IMG/VR virus record: IMGVR_UViG_3300029305_002311
Source of the DNA: a virus
DNA: 64,000 nucleotides
Direction: 5' to 3' (one strand)
Shown here: piece after piece, positions 8,884 to 18,445 of the stretch
Layout of the letters: every line of letters begins with the position of its first letter
How positions within the stretch are numbered: the stretch's first letter is position 1
Made by a program: the position numbers and the translations under genes
Notes under the pieces: generated by a model
The model's input: only the letters and a program-made list of their open reading frames with translations
Told to the model about the DNA's origin: nothing
Databases searched by the model: none

Positions 8884-9102
8884 TTATTCTTCAGTAGGAG
8901 CTTCTATAGACTCTTCTACTTCTTTTTCTTCAAGTTTTAGAAATACTCCACCAAAGTCTCCATTTTCATCTAATAGTTTTTCTAGTTTTAATTCTTTATT
9001 CTCTTCTTGAGATTTGTTAAAGATTTCTTCTAATAAGATTTTTTCTGAATCATCTAATCTATTGATTAGCATTTTAGAATTTGATTTTATTTCAGCATAC
9101 AT
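8884..9102 (-). CDS. Small acidic hypothetical protein
   Basis: ORF track. Confidence 0.55.
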   Translation of the reverse strand: MYAEIKSNSKMLINRLDDSEKILLEEIFNKSQEENKELKLEKLLDENGDFGGVFLKLEEKEVEESIEAPTEE

Positions 9103-9284
9103 TATTCAATTTCCTCCTTTATACTAAAAGCTATACCTGATTTTTCTCCTTCTATATTATACAAAGTTTCTGCAGAGACTCCATGAATCTCTGCATTCTC
9201 TATAAATTTTAGAAGTTCTTCTTTTTCATTCTTGTGTATCATTGTATTAACTATTAGTTTATCATCTTTTATATGAGCTTGCAT
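9102..9284 (-). CDS. Small hypothetical protein
   Basis: ORF track. Confidence 0.55.
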   Translation of the reverse strand: MQAHIKDDKLIVNTMIHKNEKEELLKFIENAEIHGVSAETLYNIEGEKSGIAFSIKEEIE

Positions 9285-9295
9285 CTTAGTCCTCC

Positions 9296-10783
9296 TTATT
9301 TATAAACTGAAGTTGATACATATCCATATCTTCCAGTTGCTGGAACATATATGTAATCTACTGTAGTAGAAACGTTTTGTAATATTTTAACTTGTGTGTT
9401 AGCTAAATAAGTATATCTAGTTCCGCTTAAACTTGATTTAGAGTAAATGTATGTGTATGTAGTTCTAAATTTCTTATATTGTCCTACTGTATTTGTTATT
9501 GCTGGAGTAGATGTATTTGCTTGTTCTTTGTAAGCAACTACTTCTACATAAGCATATCTTCCAGTAGCTGGTACATATATTCTATCTACATTAGCATTTA
9601 CATTCTCTAATATTTTAACTGTAGTGTTTGGTAAATATGTATATTCTGTTCCAGATAAATTAGACTTAGAATATAAAGTAGTAGTTGATTTTAATTTTCT
9701 AGTTTGTCCTACTGTAGATGTTGTAGGTTTAGTAGCTTCTCCTACTCTTACATAATCATCTATTACCCATTCATTAGTTCCAATTCTGTACCATCCATTT
9801 ACAGTTTCATATATTGTAACTTTATTTCCATTATACAAACTTCTTACATATGAATAATTTGTTCCAGGTCCTCTTCTAACGTTTAAGCTAGAATTTACAC
9901 TTACTACACCAGTTTTTGGAGTGTCTGGTACTGGAGTAGGTGCTGGAGTATCTGGAGTTGTTGGTTCTACTGGTTTAGCTTCATTAGCTTTAAATCCAAA
10001 CCATGCTCCTGAGTTAGCATAAGCTTTAAAGTTAGCTATAGAGCAATTTATTGTGTTTCCGTCTAAAGTAACTTTTCCACCTCTATTACCGTAGTTGAAT
10101 TTTCCACTATAGTTATATGGGTCAAATATTTTTAAAGTACTTCCTTCTATATCATATATTACTATGAAGTGTCCTCCTGTAGTAAATAATCCAGGTCCGC
10201 AACTTACTACTACATAGTAACCATCTCTTACTAATTGTATAGCATCGTTTACATTCCATACTCTTTTAAATGGAATATCAAATCTGTTTGCAGTCCATTG
10301 AAAAGCAGAAAAATAAGTTCCGTCATTAGCTGAACGATAACCATATTTTACATATAAGTCTCCCATTTCATCTGGATAGATTGTTCCTTTTATTGAGCTT
10401 ACTATCATTGCTGAACAAGTAGGCCCACATCCTGAAGAACCAATTGTTTGAGAAGCTTTTCCTATAGCAGTGTATGGATGATTTTTCCATCTGCTATCTG
10501 TTTGAGAATAATAAACTGGAGTTTCGTTTACTGCTCCTACTATGAAATCTTCTTCACTTGGAGCTGCTCCAGATATAAACTCTGGATTTTCTTCTAAGAA
10601 TCCTTCAACTTCTACTGCTGATTCCATATCTTCTGCAGTTCCAGTTGGTTCTGGTATCTCTATTGTAGAGACTTGTTCTATTATATTTTCTTCTACTGGT
10701 TTATCTCCCATTTTTACAAATGAGAAAACTAATCCAAAAATTATAGCTATTGCAAATAGTGCTATGAGTAATTTCTTTTTCAT
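9296..10783 (-). CDS. Membrane/secreted C39-like cysteine peptidase with SH3b-type repeats, candidate endolysin
   Basis: N-terminal hydrophobic segment; QTDSRWKNHPYTAIGKASQTIGSSGCGPTCSAMIVSS...GHFIVIYDI; C-terminal SVNSSLNVRRGPGTNYSYVRSLYNGNKVTIY. Confidence 0.75.
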   Translation of the reverse strand: MKKKLLIALFAIAIIFGLVFSFVKMGDKPVEENIIEQVSTIEIPEPTGTAEDMESAVEVEGFLEENPEFISGAAPSEEDFIVGAVNETPVYYSQTDSRWKNHPYTAIGKASQTIGSSGCGPTCSAMIVSSIKGTIYPDEMGDLYVKYGYRSANDGTYFSAFQWTANRFDIPFKRVWNVNDAIQLVRDGYYVVVSCGPGLFTTGGHFIVIYDIEGSTLKIFDPYNYSGKFNYGNRGGKVTLDGNTINCSIANFKAYANSGAWFGFKANEAKPVEPTTPDTPAPTPVPDTPKTGVVSVNSSLNVRRGPGTNYSYVRSLYNGNKVTIYETVNGWYRIGTNEWVIDDYVRVGEATKPTTSTVGQTRKLKSTTTLYSKSNLSGTEYTYLPNTTVKILENVNANVDRIYVPATGRYAYVEVVAYKEQANTSTPAITNTVGQYKKFRTTYTYIYSKSSLSGTRYTYLANTQVKILQNVSTTVDYIYVPATGRYGYVSTSVYK

Positions 10784-11121
10784 TATTTAGTACCTCCTTC
10801 TACTGGTTTTTGATAGTCTAAAAGTTCTTTTACTTCATCGAATGCTTTTTGTATAAAGTTATTTAAATATTTCTTAATAATATTACATGGTATTATTAGC
10901 TTGATATAAGCTGGTAAAAATGAATAAACATAGTCTATAGCAAATATCATTTTTTCTTGTCCTTCTTCAGTTTTAAATTCTTGCTCTGCTTTTAGTATTG
11001 CTTCTAAAGCTGTCTGACGAAGTCCTTTAGTTTTGCTTGACTTTATCATATAGATTATAAAGCAAACACATGCTGCAACTACTATTGATAAAGGTAGCCA
11101 ATTAGCTTGTAGCCATTCCAT
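10783..11121 (-). CDS. Phage holin, LL-H type
   Basis: N-terminal TM; ALEAILKAEQEFKTEEGQEKMIFAIDYV...IIKKYLNNFIQKAFDEVKELL. Confidence 0.7.
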   Translation of the reverse strand: MEWLQANWLPLSIVVAACVCFIIYMIKSSKTKGLRQTALEAILKAEQEFKTEEGQEKMIFAIDYVYSFLPAYIKLIIPCNIIKKYLNNFIQKAFDEVKELLDYQKPVEGGTK

Positions 11122-11148
11122 ATTATCAACCTCCTTCTATAAAAATTT

Positions 11149-11928
11149 CTATAAACTAAGCAATGTTTCCATTACTTTTTGTTTATCTTTGAAAACTCTA
11201 TCTACTATGTCTGGTCTTGATTTTTCTCTTTTATTATATTCTATACATACAAATCCAACTATAAGTCCTTCTTTATTATGTATAGCCATTCCATATTTAG
11301 CTTCTACTCCTCTATCTCTTAAAAACTCATACATACTAGTATCTATTCCCTGCATATCTTCAAAGTTATCTATATAGCAGAATCCTGTATCATTTATTTC
11401 TTTTGTAAAGAAAGATAAAGCACTTCTAAATTGGTCTCTAAAAGTAGATATTATCGGTTTTACTCCTAATTGAACTTGTTCATTAGTCATTGACATTTTT
11501 AAGAATGATTGTCTATTTACTCCTTTTCCACCATTGTGATATTGAACTAAGCTGCATCTGCTAGCATCAGTTGTTATTAACATCTCTTGTAATTGTTTAT
11601 CTATTTCTTCTGCTACTTTAGTTAGTCTATGATTTTCTTCTGGTGTAGGTCCTGTATGATTAACTCCATTAAGAACTGTTTGAATTAATAGTTCCATGTT
11701 CTTAGCTTGTTGTTCTTGGTATTCTTTTAATTGATTTTGTAATAACTCAAACATAGAAGCATATTTATCTTCTATTACTTTATCTTTATTATCTATCTTC
11801 TTGTCTTTCTTGTCTGCATCTGTTTGAGTTCTTTTAAAATAAAACCATGCCATTGACACTACTAAAATAGCGCAAAGTCCTAAAATCCCAATCTCTAAGT
11901 AAGCTTTACTAGCTTCTAACCATTCCAC
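11149..11928 (-). CDS. Membrane-anchored coiled-coil protein with GAF-like C-terminal domain
   Basis: TM at 12-30, coiled coil, then LITTDASRCSLVQYHNGGKG...YGMAIHNKEGLIVGFVCIEY. Confidence 0.5.
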   Translation of the reverse strand: MEWLEASKAYLEIGILGLCAILVVSMAWFYFKRTQTDADKKDKKIDNKDKVIEDKYASMFELLQNQLKEYQEQQAKNMELLIQTVLNGVNHTGPTPEENHRLTKVAEEIDKQLQEMLITTDASRCSLVQYHNGGKGVNRQSFLKMSMTNEQVQLGVKPIISTFRDQFRSALSFFTKEINDTGFCYIDNFEDMQGIDTSMYEFLRDRGVEAKYGMAIHNKEGLIVGFVCIEYNKREKSRPDIVDRVFKDKQKVMETLLSL

Positions 11929-11940
11929 TAAATTTACCTC

Positions 11941-12168
11941 CTACTTATCTGTTAATTCTATGAATAAGTCTATTTTGTCTTCGTAACGTAGTATTCTGTC
12001 TTCTACTTGTTCCCAACGAGCATTTCCTGCAGCTTTTCTTTCTTCAAATTTAGCAATATAAGTTATTTCTATTGCTATATTAACAATGATAAGTACTGCT
12101 AACACTAATAAATTTAGCATAATAAATTTATTTACAGAATCTAATTCTTTAAATCTCTTTAATTTCAT
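11941..12168 (-). CDS. Small membrane protein
   Basis: FIMLNLLVLAVLIIVNIAIEITY. Confidence 0.55.
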   Translation of the reverse strand: MKLKRFKELDSVNKFIMLNLLVLAVLIIVNIAIEITYIAKFEERKAAGNARWEQVEDRILRYEDKIDLFIELTDK

Positions 12169-12212
12169 AAACCATTCTCCTTTATTGTTTCTTCCTAATG
12201 TTATATATAAAT

Positions 12213-12236
12213 AGAGAGCAATTTGAATTGCTCTCT
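12213..12236 (-). terminator. Stem-loop, probable terminator
   Basis: AGAGAGCAATT-ca-AATTGCTCTCT followed by ATTTATAT on minus strand. Confidence 0.55.
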
Positions 12237-12245
12237 GAATTGATT

Positions 12246-12452
12246 CTAGGCTTCTTCTCCACTAATCTCTATGGCTAATCTAGTAAGTTCATCTATTTGT
12301 TCTGGAGTTATTGCTCCCATATTAGGAATATTTTCTATTAGCTGTGAGTACTGTCTAAAAGGTATATTTGTTTCTTGTCCAGTTTTATCTAGTTCTCCCT
12401 TTAGTACTTTCTTTAACTCAATTAAGTGTGTTAGTTTGTCTGGAATTGCCAT
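12246..12452 (-). CDS. Stand-alone copy of LRR-array N-terminal module
   Basis: LTHLIELKKVLKGELDKTGQETNIPFRQYSQLIENI resembles L..LNETK..I..AI..KGQ.I.D.DTFRSYA.KI. Confidence 0.55.
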   Translation of the reverse strand: MAIPDKLTHLIELKKVLKGELDKTGQETNIPFRQYSQLIENIPNMGAITPEQIDELTRLAIEISGEEA

Positions 12453-12455
12453 GAA

Positions 12456-12671
12456 TTATACCTCCTCACCATTTATATTTATTGTTTGACTCATTAAATC
12501 ATCTAGAGTACCTTGAGAAATTGAGTTATCTTTATATAATTTAGCTATCTGCTCATGATACTCATCGAACGGAGCATCTTCTGTTAAATTTCCTCCAACT
12601 TTATTAATTGAGTCTCTTATTTTATTTTTAGTTTCTTCTAAATAAATTAGTCTTTGTTCTACTCCATTCAT
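12456..12671 (-). CDS. Stand-alone copy of LRR-array N-terminal module
   Basis: EQRLIYLEETKNKIRDSINKVGGNLTEDAPFDEYHEQIAKL. Confidence 0.6.
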   Translation of the reverse strand: MNGVEQRLIYLEETKNKIRDSINKVGGNLTEDAPFDEYHEQIAKLYKDNSISQGTLDDLMSQTININGEEV

Positions 12672-12682
12672 ATTTTACCTCC

Positions 12683-14299
12683 TTAATAGCTCCAGCCAGC
12701 TGCTGTTATTTCTGATAGTCTATTACTATATCTATCACTTGTTATATTAGACCCATAAAATGGGCTATTATAAGAACTTCTATTAAATGTTTTATATGAG
12801 CTTGATGTTATATTACTGTTTAAGGCCATATTAATTATATTATGTATAGATGCAGTAGACAAATTATTACAAAAGTTAAATGAATTACACATTGATTTAA
12901 CATTTTTTGTATACCATTGAGGCACAGTAACTAAATTATAGCAGCTACTGCATATCATGTTCATATCTGTTAAGTTATCAGTAAAATTAAAATTAGGCAA
13001 ACTAGTTATCATATTGCATGCTCCAAACATATCTGATGCATTTCTAACTTTGCTTAAATCAAAGTTAGGTATGTTGTTAAGACTTCTACAAAAACAAAAC
13101 ATGCTATTTGTATATAATGCATTACTAGTATTAAAATTAGGTACAGAAGCTAGATTATTACAGTAATAAAATAAACTTGTAAAGCTATACACATTACCTG
13201 TATCAAAATTAGGAACTGTTGTTAGATTATTACAACCCCAAAACATAGTATTTAAAGATTTAGCATTTGATAAGTTAAAGTTTGGAACTGAAGCTAACAT
13301 ATTACAGTTAATAAATGCAGTGTTAAAGCATTCTATGTTTGAAGTATCGAAGTTTTGAACTGATGCTATGCTACTATTTCTAAACATGTTAGACATATTC
13401 GTAAGATTTGTAAAATTTAGATTAACAGGTATGTGACTATGTTTATAATTTAAAAATAAGTTACAGCCATTAGTTACTAATGATAAATCTATGTTTGATA
13501 CAATAGGTTGTAAATTACATAGCGTTACTTTTAAAGCATTTTTAGCATACACTCCCGATAAGTTAACATCTGTAGTTCCAATGATTGTACCTTTATTGCT
13601 GTATAGCAATGCTGAGTTTAATGTGTCTTTATTAGCCACATTTAGTTGAGTATTTGCTAGCCCCCATCCATTATTATATTCATATATTCCATCAAAACAT
13701 ATATTAATATTAGTGCAAAGAAAATGTTTTATTATATTAAAATAACTTGGGTTTGGGCTATTTTGTATATTTATGTTAGTTCTGTTCACAAAATAATCTA
13801 AGTCGTCCACCGAGTCTGCGTATGTATAATGAATTCCATCAGTACTCTCAAAGTAAAACCTTTTGTTAGCTAGTTTAGTCTCTCTAAAGTCTATTCTCAC
13901 ATAATTAGGAGAGTAAAATACTCCAAGAGCATTTGTATTAGTTCCTGCAGATACTTCATATTCATCTATAATAGGCTCAGGTAGTGTAACCGAATAAGGC
14001 ATATATAAACTAGACATTACTCCTGTATCTGTTATTGGAGTAGCATAATTATTATACACAATAGCTATGTCTCCTATGTTTGATACTTCATGTTGATTCA
14101 TTTCTTCTTTGCTCTTAAACCAGAATATATTTGAATCTAAACTAGAAGATATGTTTTCAATCTTAGTAGCATAGCTTCTAAAGGGGTCATTATCATTTAT
14201 GGTCTGCCCTTTACTTATAATAGATTGTTTTATCTGTCTTTTAGTTTCATCAAGATAATTTAGATTGTCTACTAAATCTTGCGTGCTATAAGCGCTCAT
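12683..14299 (-). CDS. BspA-like LRR tail-fibre/adhesin-like protein
   Basis: N-module STQDLVDNLNYLNETKRQIKQSI; repeats ..FNTSN..SMF..CN; C-cap IHNIINMALNSNITSSS...NRLSEITAAGWSY. Confidence 0.8.
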   Translation of the reverse strand: MSAYSTQDLVDNLNYLDETKRQIKQSIISKGQTINDNDPFRSYATKIENISSSLDSNIFWFKSKEEMNQHEVSNIGDIAIVYNNYATPITDTGVMSSLYMPYSVTLPEPIIDEYEVSAGTNTNALGVFYSPNYVRIDFRETKLANKRFYFESTDGIHYTYADSVDDLDYFVNRTNINIQNSPNPSYFNIIKHFLCTNINICFDGIYEYNNGWGLANTQLNVANKDTLNSALLYSNKGTIIGTTDVNLSGVYAKNALKVTLCNLQPIVSNIDLSLVTNGCNLFLNYKHSHIPVNLNFTNLTNMSNMFRNSSIASVQNFDTSNIECFNTAFINCNMLASVPNFNLSNAKSLNTMFWGCNNLTTVPNFDTGNVYSFTSLFYYCNNLASVPNFNTSNALYTNSMFCFCRSLNNIPNFDLSKVRNASDMFGACNMITSLPNFNFTDNLTDMNMICSSCYNLVTVPQWYTKNVKSMCNSFNFCNNLSTASIHNIINMALNSNITSSSYKTFNRSSYNSPFYGSNITSDRYSNRLSEITAAGWSY

Positions 14300-14893
14300 C
14301 TACTCACCTCCGTCACTTATTTCCTCTATATTTCTAATTATAAAATCTTTTATTTCTTCTTTCTCTATCCCAAACTCTTTAAGCCCTATTGGCTCTTTCT
14401 CCATTTTCTTGGTACATACATTCTTGATTATACCTATATCACTTTGGTAGCTTAAGAATAGTCCTGAAAATTCATGCTCTTCATCAACAAAGTCTAGCCT
14501 CATCATTCCAAGAACTTTGTTACTGTCTATTAATAAATCATTATTATCAAATTTTATCTCATGTCCGAAAAGTTTATTTTGTAGCCAAGTCTCTATTCTA
14601 CTAGCTAACTCTTCTATAAAGTTTGAGTGTTTATCATAATGACCTAAGACTATATCTCCTGGAAATACCACTATGCATCCACCACAGTGCTGAGTATTTA
14701 CTAATTCTATGTTTTGATTTTTACAATATTGTTTATTAAAATTAGTTCCAGGATTATATATAGCTTTTGGTCTATCTGACAAGTTCTCTATAACTAAATT
14801 GTTATAGAGAATTGTTTTATTTTCTTTATATGAATTTATGTTTTCTTTAAAGTACTTTTCATACTCACTAAGTTCTATCTCTTTTATTAGCAT
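14300..14893 (-). CDS. Lipoate/biotin-protein ligase-fold protein (tentative)
   Basis: VNTQHCGGCIVVFPGDIVLGHYDK...NNDLLIDSNKVLGMMRLDF...FSGLFLSYQSDI parallels LplA/LipM RR.GGG.VFH..GN...NDL...KVSG.A...H.GTLL. Confidence 0.55.
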   Translation of the reverse strand: MLIKEIELSEYEKYFKENINSYKENKTILYNNLVIENLSDRPKAIYNPGTNFNKQYCKNQNIELVNTQHCGGCIVVFPGDIVLGHYDKHSNFIEELASRIETWLQNKLFGHEIKFDNNDLLIDSNKVLGMMRLDFVDEEHEFSGLFLSYQSDIGIIKNVCTKKMEKEPIGLKEFGIEKEEIKDFIIRNIEEISDGGE

Positions 14894-14904
14894 ATTTTAC
14901 CTCC

Positions 14905-17900
14905 TTAATATGTCCATCCTGCAGATACTATCTCAGACAGTCTATTTGAGTAGTAGCTTTGGTCATAAATAGTGTTACTAAATGGTGAGTAACTATTTCT
15001 GTTATTAAAATTCATGTATGTTGAATTATTTACTGCACTATTTAAAGCCATGTTTATGATATTGTGTATTGTTGAATTAGATAAATTATTACAACAATTT
15101 GCAAATTGATACATTTCTATAGTTGATGAAGTGTTATACTGAGGTATATCAGTAATATTTGTACACCCATCAAACATGTTATCGTAGTCTTGAATATTAC
15201 TAGTGTTTGTAAAATGAGGAGCAATTACAAGGTTACAATTTGTAAACATATTTGCAACAGACTCACAACTTTCTAAGTCATAATTAGGAACTGATTTTAA
15301 GTTAGTACATCCATAAAACATTCTATTTAAATGTACTCCTTTATTAGTAATAAAATTTGGACCTACTTTAATATTAGTACACTCTGTGAACATTCCTAAA
15401 AATCCGTTAGAGTTTGAAGTGTTATAGTTAGATATATTTGATATATCTACTAAATTACTACAATTAGCAAACATATTATACATCATTCTTACATTTTCTG
15501 TGTTTAATACCGGAGCATTAGCTAATGTAGTACAACCAGAAAACATATACCCCATTGTATTTACTTTTGAAGTATCTAAATTAGGAATGTATATTAAATT
15601 TGTGCATCCTTGAAACATTCCGTATGAACTTTTTAAATTACTGAAGTTATAATTAGGTATAGTAGTTAAGTTATTGCAATACTGGAACATTCCATACGCA
15701 TTAATTACATTACTAAAGTCATACTCAGGTAGATTAATAAGATTATAGCAGTGGTCAAATATTAACTGTGCATTTTTTATATTAGTTGTGTTTGAATTTT
15801 TTACTGAAGTCATGTTAAAACAGTTTTCATACAATCTATAAATAGAATCTACTTTTGAATAATTTATTGTGTTAAATATATCAAGACTTTCACCAACTTC
15901 ATCTTCTCTATCAGACAATAAATATGATAAATTAGTAAAGTTAGATAAATCTAAATTAGTCATTAATTCTAAGCTACAATTAGCAAATATTCCATAAAAG
16001 TTATCTAGCACAGTATAGTTTATAGCTGAAATATCTTTTAAGTTCATACATCCGCTTAAACATGCTTCTATAATTAGGACTAGTATTTAGTGCTAAGTCG
16101 TAATTTAAAGCTGGAACAGCTTCTAGGCTTGTGCAATTTGAAAACATAAATGCCATGTCATTCATTTTTGAAGTGTTATAACTAGGTACGACTTTTAAAT
16201 TAGTACAGTTAGCAAACATTGAAGAAGCACCGATGGCATTGTTTGTATTAAAGCTTGGAGCTTCTACTAAGTTATTACAATTAGCAAATGTGCTAGAAAA
16301 TCTAAGTACGTTTGCAGTATCAAAGTTAGGTACTGAAGTTAGATTAGTGCATCCTTGAAACATATAGCTCATATTATTTACTTTACTAGTATTGAAATTT
16401 GGTACTGTATTTAAGTTATTACAATAGCCAAACATTGTGCCAGTAGAAGTTAAATTAGAGAAATTGAAATTAGGTACAGTTCTTAAATTATAACAGTTTG
16501 TAAATAAACTACCAGCATAGTAAAGTTTTGAAAAATTAAAATTAGGTACTGAAGTTAGATTAGTACATCCTGAAAATGTTGCTATTGCATTAGTTACATT
16601 TATAGTATTAAAGTTAGGTACTGAAGTTAATTTTGTGTCGAATGTAAACATTCTATTTATAGTTGTAGCTTTACTCATATTGAAATTAGGTACTGAAGTT
16701 AAATTAGGACAATTATGCAAAAAGCTTTCAAATATATTCATGTTGGATGTATTAAAGTTAGGTACTGTCTTTAAATTAAGACACCCATTAAACATGCTTT
16801 CTGAGTTAGTTACTTTGTAAAGATTAAAATTTGGCACATTCTTTAACCCTTTGCAATTAGAAAACATTCTAGCAGTGTTTGTGCTGTTTCTTAAATCGAA
16901 ATTTGGTATTGTTTCTAAACTTTCGCATCCTTGAAACATTTCTATGGTGTTCTTAACAGTGTATAAATTAAAGTTTGGCACTGAAGCTAAGCTTTTACAA
17001 CCATAGAACATTCCGTATGTATATACATTCACATTAAATGTGAAATTAGGTATTGAAGTTAGATTAGTACAGTAGCCAAAAGTATAGCAGAAATTAAGTA
17101 CTCCTGCTGTGTTAAAGTTTGGCACAGATGTTAGACTAATACATCCATTAAACATTCTATGCATATTATTTACTTTGCTAGTATTAAAATTTGGAACAAA
17201 CAATAAGTTGTTACAAGCTACAGTTTCATGTGTTTTTAAATCAGTTATGCCTCCAAACATATAAGCCATGTTAGTAACATTAGATGTATCGAAGTTAGGT
17301 ATAGTCATTACATATTCATTTCCAATAAACATGTTACTGCAATCATTAATTGACCCAGTAGTTATTCCATTAGTAGTACCCATATATAAGTTTATTATAT
17401 CTTTTACATTTTGTATGTCTGTTTCTGTATATTTAGTATAAGAAGCTAATGTTCCTTCTTGAACTCCATGTCTACTGTAAAAAACTCCTTTATTCAACAC
17501 ATCTTTTGCTTTTGCATTATGTTGAGTATATAAAGGACTCCATAAAGTCTTTGAATTTAATATATAGTTAACATGAGGTATATTATTAGCTATTTTCCAG
17601 TCTATGTCATTATATGTAGAAATTAATTGCTCATACATCTGTTCTTCTATAAGTGGTCCTACCATTGGATAGACTATGCCACCAAGTCCCCAATCATCTA
17701 TATATTCTTCAGCACTAAATCCATAAAGTCTATAAGTATCAGGACTATTGATTATACTTCTATACTCTATTTTAATTGGAATATTACCAAACTCAATATC
17801 ATTTTGAAAAGTCATGTTTAGTAAAGCATTATTTGCTTTTGCTAAGTTAAATGTAAAATTCTTAATAGGGTATATTAAATCAATACCATCTGCATTAGCG

Positions 17901-18358
17901 CTAAAATATATTTGGTCAATGTCCAAATCACTATAAAAATTTTCTATATCTACAGCTGTATTTATTGGTTTAACTATAGACAAATTAGCTATCTTAAGAT
18001 TAAAAACTGCTGGAAATATATCACTATCATTAGTAAGAGACGTATAGTACATGTTTGGTATAAATATACCTCCAAAACTATCATTTGAAGTATTATACAC
18101 CACTCCTATGTCTCCGTCATTGGCAGTGCTTTTAACCATGTCTTCTGCATTACTATAAAGATGAATGTTACTATAAGAAGCTTCTCTTGCTTTTCCAGTT
18201 CCCTGAATGTTAGAAATCTTAGCTGCATAACTTCTAAAAGTGTCATCATCTTTTATTTCTTGTCCTTTATTAGTTATAGCCTGTCTTATTAAGTTTTTGG
18301 TTTCATTTAAATAATTTAAGTTATCTATTAAATCTTGAGGGGTATTTGTGTTTGACAT
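14905..18358 (-). CDS. BspA-like LRR protein, single gene split by a +1 frame disruption at 16056-16057
   Basis: Tracked as 14905..16047 and 16001..18418; joined protein reads ...SPNYRSMF|SGCMNLKDISAINY..., restoring the repeat. Confidence 0.75.
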
Positions 18359-18406
18359 TTTGTCCTCCTCTCTGGTATCTATTCTCCTATTTAAATATAT
18401 AAAAAT

Positions 18407-18430
18407 AGAGCAAACCATCTGGTTTGCTCT
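18407..18430 (-). terminator. Intrinsic terminator
   Basis: AGAGCAAACCA-ga-TGGTTTGCTCT then ATTTTTATAT on minus strand. Confidence 0.8.
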
Positions 18431-18445
18431 CTAAAGTATTGTTTA

